A stretch of DNA of 64,000 nt from Promethearchaeota archaeon. GTDB lineage: Archaea; Asgardarchaeota; Hermodarchaeia; Hermodarchaeales; Hermodarchaeaceae. How positions within the stretch are numbered: position 1 is the stretch's first letter; each line of letters begins with the position of its first letter. The notes beneath the pieces are model-generated. The model saw only the letters and a program-made list of their open reading frames with translations. It had not been told where the DNA came from and did not search any database. The stretch spans positions 128,001 to 192,000 of the forward strand of contig JBHLMG010000001.1 in assembly GCA_048938385.1 (NCBI GenBank), in the 5' to 3' direction. Shown one piece after another: positions 19,675-29,046 of the stretch. Both the position numbers and the translations under genes were made by a program.

Positions 19675-21258
19675 GTGCGCCGAGTTTCACAGGAAATCCT
19701 TCAAGCAGTATTAGCAGGTCAAATTCGTAGCAAAGATGATCTCCAACGCATGAAACGAAAACTCTGCCGAAAGTACAAGTTGTCACGCTTTCCCTCTGAT
19801 GTTGAAATTCTTGGATACGCCAGCGAGGACGAAAAACAAAAGGTTAACGCACTTCTACGGAAGAAACCAACCCGCAGTCTCTCTGGCGTAGTCATTGTGG
19901 CTGTAATGACCGAACCCATGAAGTGCCCTGGCCAATGCATCTATTGCCCAACAAACTTACCCACCGCGCCTAAGGCATATGTTGGCGAAGAACCTGCGAC
20001 TCTTCGTGCACAACAAAACCAATATGATCCCTATCTTCAAGTAAAAAGCCGATTAGAACAGCTGCAAGCCATGGGTCATAGTACGGAGAAAGTCGAGCTT
20101 ATCGTGATGGGTGGAACTTTTCTCTCTGCACCTCCAGACTATCAAATTAACTTTGTTAAAAGAAGCCTTGATGCGATGATTGGGTCCGATACCAAAACTC
20201 TCACGGAGGCAATACAATTAGCTGAAAGGAGCGTAACACGACCTGTCGGGATAACAATTGAAACACGACCCGATTACTGCCAGAGAGAGCACATTGATTC
20301 AATGCTTGCGTTCGGTACCACACGCGTTGAACTAGGAGTCCAAACGATTTACGATGATATTTATTCCAAGGTCTCTCGAGGCCATAAGGTATCTGATGTT
20401 ATCGCTGCGACTCAAGCCGCGAAAGATGCTGGATTGAAAGTATGTTATCATGTAATGCCTGGATTACCTGGTTCTACACCGAAACGGGATAAACAAGTTT
20501 TCAAAGATCTTTTTCAGCGAAGTGAATTTTGCCCGGATATGCTCAAAATCTATCCTTGCCTTGTGCTTAGAGGCAGCGATCTCTTCGATATGTGGAGAAA
20601 GGGTGAATATGAACCCTATACTACAGAAGAAATTGTAGACCTGCTCGCTGATATTACGCCTTTTCTTCCTCCTTGGGTACGAATCCAGCGTATGCAACGA
20701 GACATACCCAAACACCTCATCGTTGCAGGGCCCAACGCAGGAAACTTAACGCAATTAGTCTTTCAACAAGCAGAAGAAAAGGGGTATGAACTACAAACCA
20801 TCCGGCGCCGAGAAGTAGGATACAAACAACGGTCTAGTCAAGAAATATTACACGACGCTCCCAACATCAAAAACCTTGAACTTCAAGTAACAGAATATTC
20901 GGCTTCAAACGGCACAGAACTCTTCATTGCTTTTGATGACATCGAATCAGACACTCTAATCGGTTATCTACGCCTACGGCTTCCCAGTAACGATGCTCAC
21001 CGTTCAGAAATAAATTCATACGACTCAGCGCTCATTCGAGAATTACATGTGTATGGATTATCAGTGGATCTTGGAAAACTTCAAGATGAAGCCTGGCAAC
21101 ATCGAGGCGTAGGTTCCAAACTCCTATCCATTGCTGAAAATCTTGCCCTCGAAAAGGGGCGGAATCATATGGTGTGTACCAGTGGCATCGGAGTTCGGCA
21201 ATACTATAAACGCCATGGGTACCAACATGATGGACCCTATATGGCAAAGCAGCTTTAG
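19675..21258 (+). CDS. elp3: tRNA U34 acetyltransferase Elp3 (radical SAM + KAT)
   Basis: CPGQCIYCP, MGGTF, ETRPD, RELHVYG, QHRGVG, SGIGVRQYY. Confidence 0.96.
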   Translation: MRRVSQEILQAVLAGQIRSKDDLQRMKRKLCRKYKLSRFPSDVEILGYASEDEKQKVNALLRKKPTRSLSGVVIVAVMTEPMKCPGQCIYCPTNLPTAPKAYVGEEPATLRAQQNQYDPYLQVKSRLEQLQAMGHSTEKVELIVMGGTFLSAPPDYQINFVKRSLDAMIGSDTKTLTEAIQLAERSVTRPVGITIETRPDYCQREHIDSMLAFGTTRVELGVQTIYDDIYSKVSRGHKVSDVIAATQAAKDAGLKVCYHVMPGLPGSTPKRDKQVFKDLFQRSEFCPDMLKIYPCLVLRGSDLFDMWRKGEYEPYTTEEIVDLLADITPFLPPWVRIQRMQRDIPKHLIVAGPNAGNLTQLVFQQAEEKGYELQTIRRREVGYKQRSSQEILHDAPNIKNLELQVTEYSASNGTELFIAFDDIESDTLIGYLRLRLPSNDAHRSEINSYDSALIRELHVYGLSVDLGKLQDEAWQHRGVGSKLLSIAENLALEKGRNHMVCTSGIGVRQYYKRHGYQHDGPYMAKQL

Positions 21259-21318
21259 AGGTCCATAACAAGAAAGTTTAAGCAATCACGAACCACTTCA
21301 TCTGAGGGGCTTATACTC

Positions 21319-23151
21319 GTGTGCGGAATCACAGGGGCCATTCACATTACAAGAACCGTCGCACCTTTTCTACGAGAGTCCCTAAAACGATTAGAATATC
21401 GAGGTTATGACTCAAGCGGGATCGCAACAGCATCGAAAGGCATGCTTTTCATTAAGAAAGATAAAGGCAAAATCGATGAGATTCATCAACGATTGAATTT
21501 TGACAACCTTCCAGGAGTAATTGGCATAGGTCATACGCGTTGGGCAACACATGGTGCCCCCTCCAAGGACAATGCCCACCCTCATACAGATTGCCATAAC
21601 CAAATTGCAGTGGTTCATAACGGAATTATTGAGAACTATCAAGAGCTCCGTGAGCAACTAACCGACAATGGACATCACTTCATCTCTCAAACTGATACAG
21701 AAGTCGTTCCACATCTAATCGAAGATGCACTCACTGATTCTCCCCACCTTGATCAAGCCGTAGCCCAGGTATTACCGAAATTAGAAGGCAGCTATGCTCT
21801 TGTAGTGCTGAAAGCCCAAGGGAATGAACTAGTATGCGCCCGAAAAGAAAGCCCCCTTGTGATTGGACTAGGTAACAATGGTATTTACTGCGCTTCTGAT
21901 GTTCCTGCTTTCTTACCCAAGACTCGAAAAACCCTAATCCTCGAAGACAACGAACTAGCTCATCTAACTATCCAAGGAGCTCTTCTCAGCCGGTTCACTG
22001 ACACCGGTACACTCTCTCAGGTACCCTTGCGTTCACCGATCGAAGTTCAATGGACTATTGAAATGGCCCAAAAAGGTGGCTACCCACACTTTATGCTGAA
22101 GGAAATCCATGAGCAACCTCGTGCACTCCGTGACACGCTCCGAATTCGCTCCAGTGCTTTCGAAAACTTTGCAGAAATCTTACATAACCACAGGAACATC
22201 TTACTAATAGCAGCAGGCACATCCTATCACGCCACCCTTGCCGCCAAATACATGTTCTCACAGATATCTAATCGTCTAGTCCACAGTGTCATCGCTTCTG
22301 AAGGAACCGCTACAACTGCCACTAGCCTTGGAGAGGACACAGCGGTCCTAGCTGTGACGCAATCAGGAGAAACAATCGATACGCTTCATGCAGTTAAACA
22401 CCTCAAACAACAAGGTAGCACCATATTAGCACTCACAAACACCGTTGGAAGCTCAATTACACGACTTGCAGATAATGTTCTCTATACTCAAGCAGGACCT
22501 GAAATAGGCGTTGCGGCAACTAAAACCTTCGCGACCCAACTGGCTTCTATCTCCTCCCTTTCCATTCATCTAGGTGCTCTTGCAGGAATTCAAAAGAAAT
22601 CAGAACAAAAACAATTGCAGGATGCCTTGAATCAATTTCCAGCACTAATTGAGTCAGTTATCCGTAATCAAGAAAGTATGATTAAAGCAGTTGCGCAACA
22701 ATACATCACGAAATCCAATTTCTTCTTCCTAGGCAGGGGAATTAGCACAGCAACAGCATTAGAAGGCGCCTTGAAGATCAAAGAAATCGCTTATGTGCAC
22801 GCAGAGGGATATCCTGCTGGCGAATCCAAACACGGCCCCATCGCCCTCGTAGAACCAGGCTTCCCCGTAATTTTTATTGCACCTCATGATACTACTCGTC
22901 AACACCTTGAAGGAAACATCATGGAAATGAAGGCCCGTGGTGCTCAAATCATATCACTGTGTTCTACTGAAGACAAAGCCATCCTTGCCCTCAGCGATCA
23001 AGCAATCCCGCTCCCTTCCCTACCATCCCATTACTTTTCACCCATTTGCTATGTAGTCCCTCTCCAACTCCTAGCATACTATGCTGCAATTTTGCGTGGG
23101 CACAACCCCGATCAGCCACGGAATCTAGCAAAGGCTGTTACAGTCCTTTAA
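21319..23151 (+). CDS. glmS: Glutamine-fructose-6-phosphate aminotransferase
   Basis: MCGI, GHTRWATHG, EGALKIKE, PRNLAKAVTV. Confidence 0.97.
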   Translation: MCGITGAIHITRTVAPFLRESLKRLEYRGYDSSGIATASKGMLFIKKDKGKIDEIHQRLNFDNLPGVIGIGHTRWATHGAPSKDNAHPHTDCHNQIAVVHNGIIENYQELREQLTDNGHHFISQTDTEVVPHLIEDALTDSPHLDQAVAQVLPKLEGSYALVVLKAQGNELVCARKESPLVIGLGNNGIYCASDVPAFLPKTRKTLILEDNELAHLTIQGALLSRFTDTGTLSQVPLRSPIEVQWTIEMAQKGGYPHFMLKEIHEQPRALRDTLRIRSSAFENFAEILHNHRNILLIAAGTSYHATLAAKYMFSQISNRLVHSVIASEGTATTATSLGEDTAVLAVTQSGETIDTLHAVKHLKQQGSTILALTNTVGSSITRLADNVLYTQAGPEIGVAATKTFATQLASISSLSIHLGALAGIQKKSEQKQLQDALNQFPALIESVIRNQESMIKAVAQQYITKSNFFFLGRGISTATALEGALKIKEIAYVHAEGYPAGESKHGPIALVEPGFPVIFIAPHDTTRQHLEGNIMEMKARGAQIISLCSTEDKAILALSDQAIPLPSLPSHYFSPICYVVPLQLLAYYAAILRGHNPDQPRNLAKAVTVL

Positions 23152-23211
23152 GCCGAAAATTTAAAGCATCCGGTGGTTACATCCCAATCAGGAACACGCC
23201 CCTGGTGAACA

Positions 23212-23445
23212 ATGGTGGCTCGCTGCCCAGAATGCGCAGGAACAATGCGCTTCGATCCGAAATCCAATCGTCAAGTATGTCAACGTTGTGGGCTCGCCGT
23301 TTCCCGAGCCGAGCTCGACCGATTATGGGACGAACAACGCTCTTCTTATCGTCAAGAAGACGAAGAGCGGGAGAAGTCTCAGCGACGCCGTGACTACCTT
23401 GACTGGTGGTTAGGAAAGAAAGAGAAAGATAAACGAAAACGCTAG
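23212..23445 (+). CDS. Small zinc-ribbon protein
   Basis: CPEC...CQRCG followed by a charged helix and YLDWWL. Confidence 0.7.
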   Translation: MVARCPECAGTMRFDPKSNRQVCQRCGLAVSRAELDRLWDEQRSSYRQEDEEREKSQRRRDYLDWWLGKKEKDKRKR

Positions 23446-23574
23446 CGGACTCCCAAGTCCATTCAACGCTAGTAACTTTTACGCTAGAGTGGAAAATCCT
23501 TTTATGGGCGGCAACTTCTGTTCGTGCAGTGAAGCGGCTAGCCTTCTCAGAATCAATCCTTTGAGGGTGTACAC

Positions 23575-24783
23575 TTGGGCGAGAATATCATCGAAAAGGC
23601 GTTATTGGGCGCGTCGGTCTTCAAAAACGAAGAGACCCTTCATCCTGCCTTTATACCTCCTGAACTACCCAACCGTCAAGACCAGTTAGTTCGGTTAGGA
23701 CACGATTTCAAACCCTTACTGAATACAGAGGGAGCATACGCGGTTAATGTTGCAGTAGTCGGGAAGCCAGGAACCGGAAAAACTGTGTCTATTCGCTACT
23801 TTGGACGCGGATTAGAAAAAGCCGCTGCAAAACGCGGTATCAAAGTACGATTTGAATACTACGACTGCTTCATGTTCCGAACAAAAAGTGCAATTTTAAG
23901 AGATCTACTCACTGAACGCTTCAAAGTTACTAGTCGTGGATTCTCGGATGAAGAAATCACAACTATGATCCACCGGCGTCTATCTCGAGAAAACATCCGA
24001 CTTGTACTATGCCTCGATGAAGCCTATATTTTGGGGCAAGATCTCCTCAGCATCATTCACGCAAGCGAAGTAGCAAAACATGGTCAAGCGTACATTTCTA
24101 CGCTGATCGCTTGCCGTGTCGTCGATTGGCAAAACACGCTGAGTTTTCCTCTTTCAGGTCGTTTGCATGACCGCGTCGATATGCCTTCCTACACAGAAGA
24201 GGAACTTTTCGAAATCATGAAGTACCGTTCAGATCTTGCCTTCCACAAGGGCGTCGTCACGGACGAAATCCTGAAAATGGTGTCAAGCATTTCGGCTTCC
24301 ACACAAAATGCCAGGCACGGCATTGAAATGTTATATCTGGCTGGAAAAGCCGCAGACAGGACCGGTATTCGCCCCCTGGTCCCTGATTTGATACGAAGAG
24401 CAAAACAAGAAGTCTATTCTGAACTACGCTCAGATGTGCTCTATGGGCTACGAGATCAAGAAATCCTTGTTCTCGCCGCCATCTCCCGGAAACTTAAGCT
24501 GGAGAAATCCAGTTCAACTACTATTGCCAAGGTCTATGAGAACTACCAATTAATCTGTGAAGAATTAGGTGTGAAAAAGCAAGCCCTACCCACTTTTCGA
24601 AAGACAATCGATGCCTTAGTGTCACTCGGTATTCTCGGCAAAGTCGTTGAATCAATAAGCGACGGACGGCGCGGCCGGCGTGCACGCCTAACCCTGATGG
24701 ACATCCCGGTAGAAGTCTTTGATGAAAGAGTGAATGAAATATTACAGCGTCGTCGCTCAAAAGAAGAAGGCTACGATTTTTGA
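23575..24783 (+). CDS. cdc6: Orc1/Cdc6 replication initiator
   Basis: FIPPELPNR, GKPGTGKT, LDEA, C-terminal winged helix with GRRGR. Confidence 0.9.
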   Translation: MGENIIEKALLGASVFKNEETLHPAFIPPELPNRQDQLVRLGHDFKPLLNTEGAYAVNVAVVGKPGTGKTVSIRYFGRGLEKAAAKRGIKVRFEYYDCFMFRTKSAILRDLLTERFKVTSRGFSDEEITTMIHRRLSRENIRLVLCLDEAYILGQDLLSIIHASEVAKHGQAYISTLIACRVVDWQNTLSFPLSGRLHDRVDMPSYTEEELFEIMKYRSDLAFHKGVVTDEILKMVSSISASTQNARHGIEMLYLAGKAADRTGIRPLVPDLIRRAKQEVYSELRSDVLYGLRDQEILVLAAISRKLKLEKSSSTTIAKVYENYQLICEELGVKKQALPTFRKTIDALVSLGILGKVVESISDGRRGRRARLTLMDIPVEVFDERVNEILQRRRSKEEGYDF

Positions 24784-24804
24784 AAAAACGCAGGAGTTTG
24801 AAAA

Positions 24805-25362
24805 ATGGCAACCCAAAGTCTGAAAGAAGCGTTACGATTCCACTACAACAACTCATCGGTGACCGTTATCGCCCTAAAAGCCATTGACGAATTCACCATC
24901 CACGATACTAAATACGGCCCTATCGAAAAGGGGCGGGAATTTACAATTCCTCAGTGGGCGGCACATGAGTTACTTACAGCCAATCTGGTTCAACTCAAAG
25001 ACCCGTACATCAAAGTACCCCTACTTCAAAAAACACTCTGGCAGGAAACCGAGGATACTGCCCTTCAATCACTGACCCCTGATTTTTATCACCGCGTAAG
25101 AAGTTCAATTGAACAACTGGGGCAGTTGAACCAAAAGGAACCCAACGAAGTTCGGTTAGCAGCACAAACACGAATGGAGCAACTTTTCCGTGACTTAATA
25201 GCCAACCGGCTCCTTAAGCTTATGAAGATATCACTACGTGAAGAACGCCTACGCGAAACCAAGAAGAAAATGACCGGTGAGGAAAAGTGGCTCTTCGATC
25301 GGTTAGTCAACCTGTTACGAAATTGGCAAACGCAAGTGTTGGAGATTGAAGAAGGTGGCTGA
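24805..25362 (+). CDS. GINS subunit (Gins23/Psf2-like)
   Basis: IPQWAA, LTPDFY, RLLKLMK, MTGEEKWLF; directly upstream of mcm. Confidence 0.8.
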   Translation: MATQSLKEALRFHYNNSSVTVIALKAIDEFTIHDTKYGPIEKGREFTIPQWAAHELLTANLVQLKDPYIKVPLLQKTLWQETEDTALQSLTPDFYHRVRSSIEQLGQLNQKEPNEVRLAAQTRMEQLFRDLIANRLLKLMKISLREERLRETKKKMTGEEKWLFDRLVNLLRNWQTQVLEIEEGG

Positions 25363-28300
25363 AGAACTCGATTTAATCACACGATTTGAGGAATTCCTCA
25401 AAACCTACAAAACAGAAGAAGGAGACACCCCATACAACGACGCGATCGCGCGTTTAAGCCTCGAAGAAGCCATCTCCGTCCCCATCGACTTCAACCACCT
25501 CGTAACCTTTGACCCCGACCTCGCATCGGCCACACGAAGCCACCCCCAACAGGCCATCGACGCGGCATCAGCCGCCATTCGACGCATCCTTCAAGTCGTC
25601 GACCCCGATTACTACCAGACGATTGAAAAACCCCACGCCCGGTTCAAAGAAATTCCTGACCGCGTTTCAGTGCGTCTCATTCGCGCCGAACACATCGGAC
25701 AACTCATCATGGTCGACGCCCTCGTCACCCGGGTAAGCGACGTCAAACCCCTCCTGGTGGAAGGCGTCTTCCAATGCCGTCAATGCCAAGAAATCATCTA
25801 TGTCCAACAAACCCACCAATTCGTCCCTCCCCCCCTGTGCACCAACGAAGCCTGCCGCAGCAAAGGCCCCTTCGACCTCATCCCCGAACGATCGAAGTTC
25901 GTCGACTGGCAAAAAATCCGCCTCCAAGAAAAACCCGAAGAACTCCCCCCCGGCGCCCTCCCCCGCGCCCTCGACTGCATCCTCCAAGAAGACCTCGTCG
26001 ACATCGCCCGCCCCGGCGACCCCTGCCGCATCGTCGGCATCCTCCGCTCCACCCAAGACACCACCGCCCGCACCCGCCGCAAAGCCCCCACCTTCACCAG
26101 CTTCCTCGCCACCAACTACGTCGCCGTCTCCGAACGCGAAGCCGACCGCGTCGAAATCACCCCCAAAGAAGAAGAAACCATCCACGACCTCGCCCAAGAC
26201 CCCCTCATCCACCGCAAACTCGTCAACTCCATCGCCCCCTCCATCTACGGCCTCACCGACGAAAAAGAAGCCGTCAGCCTCCTCCTCTTCGGCGGCGTCC
26301 CCAAAACCCTCGCCGACGGCGTCAAAATCCGCGGCGACTCCAACATCCTCCTCGTAGGGGATCCCGGAACTGCTAAATCGCAGCTCCTTAAGTATGTAGC
26401 CCAGATTGCCCCCCGTGGACTGTACACCTCGGGAAAGGGTTCCACCGCCGCTGGCCTAACGGCGGCAGTGCTCCGAGATCCTGACACCGAGGGCTTCGCC
26501 CTCGAAGCGGGCGCCCTCGTCCTCGCCGATCGAGGAACAGCGTGTCTTCATCCAAGTTCTCGAGTCTTAGCGGACAACAAGCTATCTACAATAGAAGCGC
26601 TTTTTTCACAAACCACTCCAGCTACTGCAGTTTCTAATGGAGAAACAGTGATGGTTGGGCGGCTGGATGTTAAGGTTCCGTCGCTCACCAAGGATTTGGA
26701 TATGATCGAGTGTAAATCAACTTACATTCGGAAAAAGGCTGGTCCGAGTTCTTTACTTAAAATTTCAACTGAAACCGGGTTTTCTACGATAGTAACTCCT
26801 GACCACATGTTACTGGATGGAGCGTCATTAGAATGGAAGAAGGCTCAGGACTTTACAAAGGGGGAAAGTCTTGTTGCGCCCCTCAAGGTACCTGGATACA
26901 ATGACCCAGTCTATATCTTTGATTTAATCCCAGCTGACTGGATTGTTTGTCTTAATCAAGATGAGAAGACAGAATTACGGACTGAACTTTTCAAGCACTT
27001 CTCATCTCTCGCGAGCATAAATCGTTTCTTTGGACTACGAAGGGATGTCTTATCCGGACGATCGCAGATGAAAGTTGGGACCTTACACCGAATTCTCTCC
27101 CATCTTGGAATTTTCAACGAATGGAGGAAGCGAAAACTATCATTTGGACGAAAACAATCTGGTGAAAGACTCAAAGTCTCTGAAATCACGCCGGAATTAG
27201 CATACTTCCTCGGGTTTGTCTATGGAGATGGCTGGGACAGAATAAACAAGCGGCGGTCGTCTTTATCCGTTCACCAATCCTGGGTTAATCAGGAGCAAAT
27301 TCACCGTCTAATAGAATGCTATTCAACATTTTCCCGACGGTCACTTCGTAATTACCCTAGAACTTGTGAATCTGAAATTCGAGGGTCTGAAGTTCTCTGT
27401 CAATCAACTATCTTTACTGCGAATTCAAATCTTTTAGCACAAATTTACAATTACTTGTTAGCCAATGATCTATCAAATCTTCTTCAACTTCCTAATGACT
27501 CTTTAGCAGCTTTCATTGGAGGTATTATAGATTCTGATGGCTGCATCTCAATAAAATGTGATAGAAGAAGCGATTCTGATTACTACACTGCGCACATAGA
27601 TATTCAGTGTTCAAATAACTGGATTGAAAACCAATCTCTACTACTTTCGCTTAGACGATTTGATTGCTATGGTCGGCTCAAACCAGGTCGTGGAGTAATC
27701 CATGTCCAAATCACAGCAAGAGTTGATGTTGAAGCTCTACTGCACGCAATTAAGCCTTACAGTGTAAAAATAAAATTGCTTCCTAAATCTATTCGCACTA
27801 TTTCCAGTCTAAGTGATAGACTCCCGAGTAAGCCAATTGCTCAACTCGCTGAGCAAATCTCAACGATTAATACTGCCATGTTGGTTGAGAAAGGACTTTG
27901 GAGTACCATTTACAGTTACAAACATGAACGCTACGCGCCCAGCAGAGGGCAAGTAAAGAAAATCCAAACAATGCTAGACGACCATCTTTCCCCTGCTCAA
28001 CATGAACTAATCGACAACCTCCTGAAACGCGATTACTTCTTAGATCCTATTTCTTCTATAGAAGAAATCCCATATGATGGACCCGTTTACGACCTTCATG
28101 TTCCACAAACACACAACTTCACAGCAGACGGACTCATAACTCACAACTGCATTGATGAATTTGACAAGATGCGACCGCAAGATCGAACCGCGATACATGA
28201 GACGATGGAGCAGCATACTGTAAGTATAGCCAAGGCGGGGATTGTGGCGACGTTGAATGCGCGGACGGCGATTTTGGCCGCGGCGAATCCGAATTTGGGG

Positions 28301-29026
28301 CGGTATGTGCCGGAGCGGTCGTTTGCGGAGAATGTGAATTTGCCGGTGACGTTGTTGTCGCGGTTTGATTTGATTTTTACGTTGACGGATTTGCCGGAGT
28401 CGGAGCGGGATGAGCGGACGGCGGATCATATTCTGGCGTTGCATAAGCGGCGGGAGGCGTCGAAGGAGCCGCCGATTCCGGCGGAGTTGTTGCGGAAGTA
28501 CATTGCGTATGCGCGGCGGAACGTGTCGCCAGTGCTCACCGACGAGGCGTTGAATGTGGTGAAGGAGTTCTATCTGAGTATGCGGAAGTCGGGTGAGCGG
28601 GAGAATGCGCCAGTGCCGATTACGGCGCGGCAGCTTGAATCCATGATTCGGTTGGCGGAAGCGCATGCCAAGATGGCGTTGCGGGAAAAGGTCGTTGCAG
28701 AAGATGCGCAGGCGGCGGTTCGGCTGGTGCAGGTGTCGCTTCAGCAGGTGGGGTTTGACCGGGAAACGGGGCAGTATGATGTGGATAACATCATGATTGG
28801 GCGGTCGAAGTCTCAGCGTGAGCGGCTGCAGTCGATCCTCGTGTTGCTGCGGGATCTCGAAAAGGAGTCGCCGGGTGGGGTGTCGGTTGACAAACTCATC
28901 GAGCGCGCGGGGTTGGAAGGCATTTCTGAGCAGTTTGTACGCCAAGCTGTGAACCAACTGCGGGATAAGGATGGATTGATCTATGAACCTCGCCCGGGGC
29001 TGCTCAAGTACATTAAGGGTGCCTAG
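25346..29026 (+). CDS. mcm: MCM replicative helicase with one intein (start possibly GTG 25355)
   Basis: GDPGTAKSQ, CIDEFDKM, MEQHTVSIAKAG, LLSRFDL, ITARQLES. Confidence 0.97.
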   Translation: MKKVAEELDLITRFEEFLKTYKTEEGDTPYNDAIARLSLEEAISVPIDFNHLVTFDPDLASATRSHPQQAIDAASAAIRRILQVVDPDYYQTIEKPHARFKEIPDRVSVRLIRAEHIGQLIMVDALVTRVSDVKPLLVEGVFQCRQCQEIIYVQQTHQFVPPPLCTNEACRSKGPFDLIPERSKFVDWQKIRLQEKPEELPPGALPRALDCILQEDLVDIARPGDPCRIVGILRSTQDTTARTRRKAPTFTSFLATNYVAVSEREADRVEITPKEEETIHDLAQDPLIHRKLVNSIAPSIYGLTDEKEAVSLLLFGGVPKTLADGVKIRGDSNILLVGDPGTAKSQLLKYVAQIAPRGLYTSGKGSTAAGLTAAVLRDPDTEGFALEAGALVLADRGTACLHPSSRVLADNKLSTIEALFSQTTPATAVSNGETVMVGRLDVKVPSLTKDLDMIECKSTYIRKKAGPSSLLKISTETGFSTIVTPDHMLLDGASLEWKKAQDFTKGESLVAPLKVPGYNDPVYIFDLIPADWIVCLNQDEKTELRTELFKHFSSLASINRFFGLRRDVLSGRSQMKVGTLHRILSHLGIFNEWRKRKLSFGRKQSGERLKVSEITPELAYFLGFVYGDGWDRINKRRSSLSVHQSWVNQEQIHRLIECYSTFSRRSLRNYPRTCESEIRGSEVLCQSTIFTANSNLLAQIYNYLLANDLSNLLQLPNDSLAAFIGGIIDSDGCISIKCDRRSDSDYYTAHIDIQCSNNWIENQSLLLSLRRFDCYGRLKPGRGVIHVQITARVDVEALLHAIKPYSVKIKLLPKSIRTISSLSDRLPSKPIAQLAEQISTINTAMLVEKGLWSTIYSYKHERYAPSRGQVKKIQTMLDDHLSPAQHELIDNLLKRDYFLDPISSIEEIPYDGPVYDLHVPQTHNFTADGLITHNCIDEFDKMRPQDRTAIHETMEQHTVSIAKAGIVATLNARTAILAAANPNLGRYVPERSFAENVNLPVTLLSRFDLIFTLTDLPESERDERTADHILALHKRREASKEPPIPAELLRKYIAYARRNVSPVLTDEALNVVKEFYLSMRKSGERENAPVPITARQLESMIRLAEAHAKMALREKVVAEDAQAAVRLVQVSLQQVGFDRETGQYDVDNIMIGRSKSQRERLQSILVLLRDLEKESPGGVSVDKLIERAGLEGISEQFVRQAVNQLRDKDGLIYEPRPGLLKYIKGA
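26543..28147 (+). mobile_element. Intein (535 aa) with LAGLIDADG homing endonuclease in mcm
   Basis: ADRGTA|CLHP...TPDH...VYDLHV..THNFTADGLITHN|CIDEFDKM; FLGFVYGDG and FIGGIIDSDG motifs. Confidence 0.95.
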
Positions 29027-29046
29027 CCTGTAGGTGGGATTGTCCG

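Noticed and set aside
23446-23574. Possible replication origin upstream of cdc6
   Set aside because: Short spacer with no repeated ORB-like elements or AT-rich unwinding tract visible
25667-26376. Long overlapping Pro/Arg/Ser-rich and antisense ORFs within mcm
   Set aside because: Side effect of extreme C-ending codon use removing stop codons in other frames
28040-28957. 305-aa antisense ORF in the mcm C-extein
   Set aside because: Same compositional artefact (G/T-ending codons); no recognisable motifs
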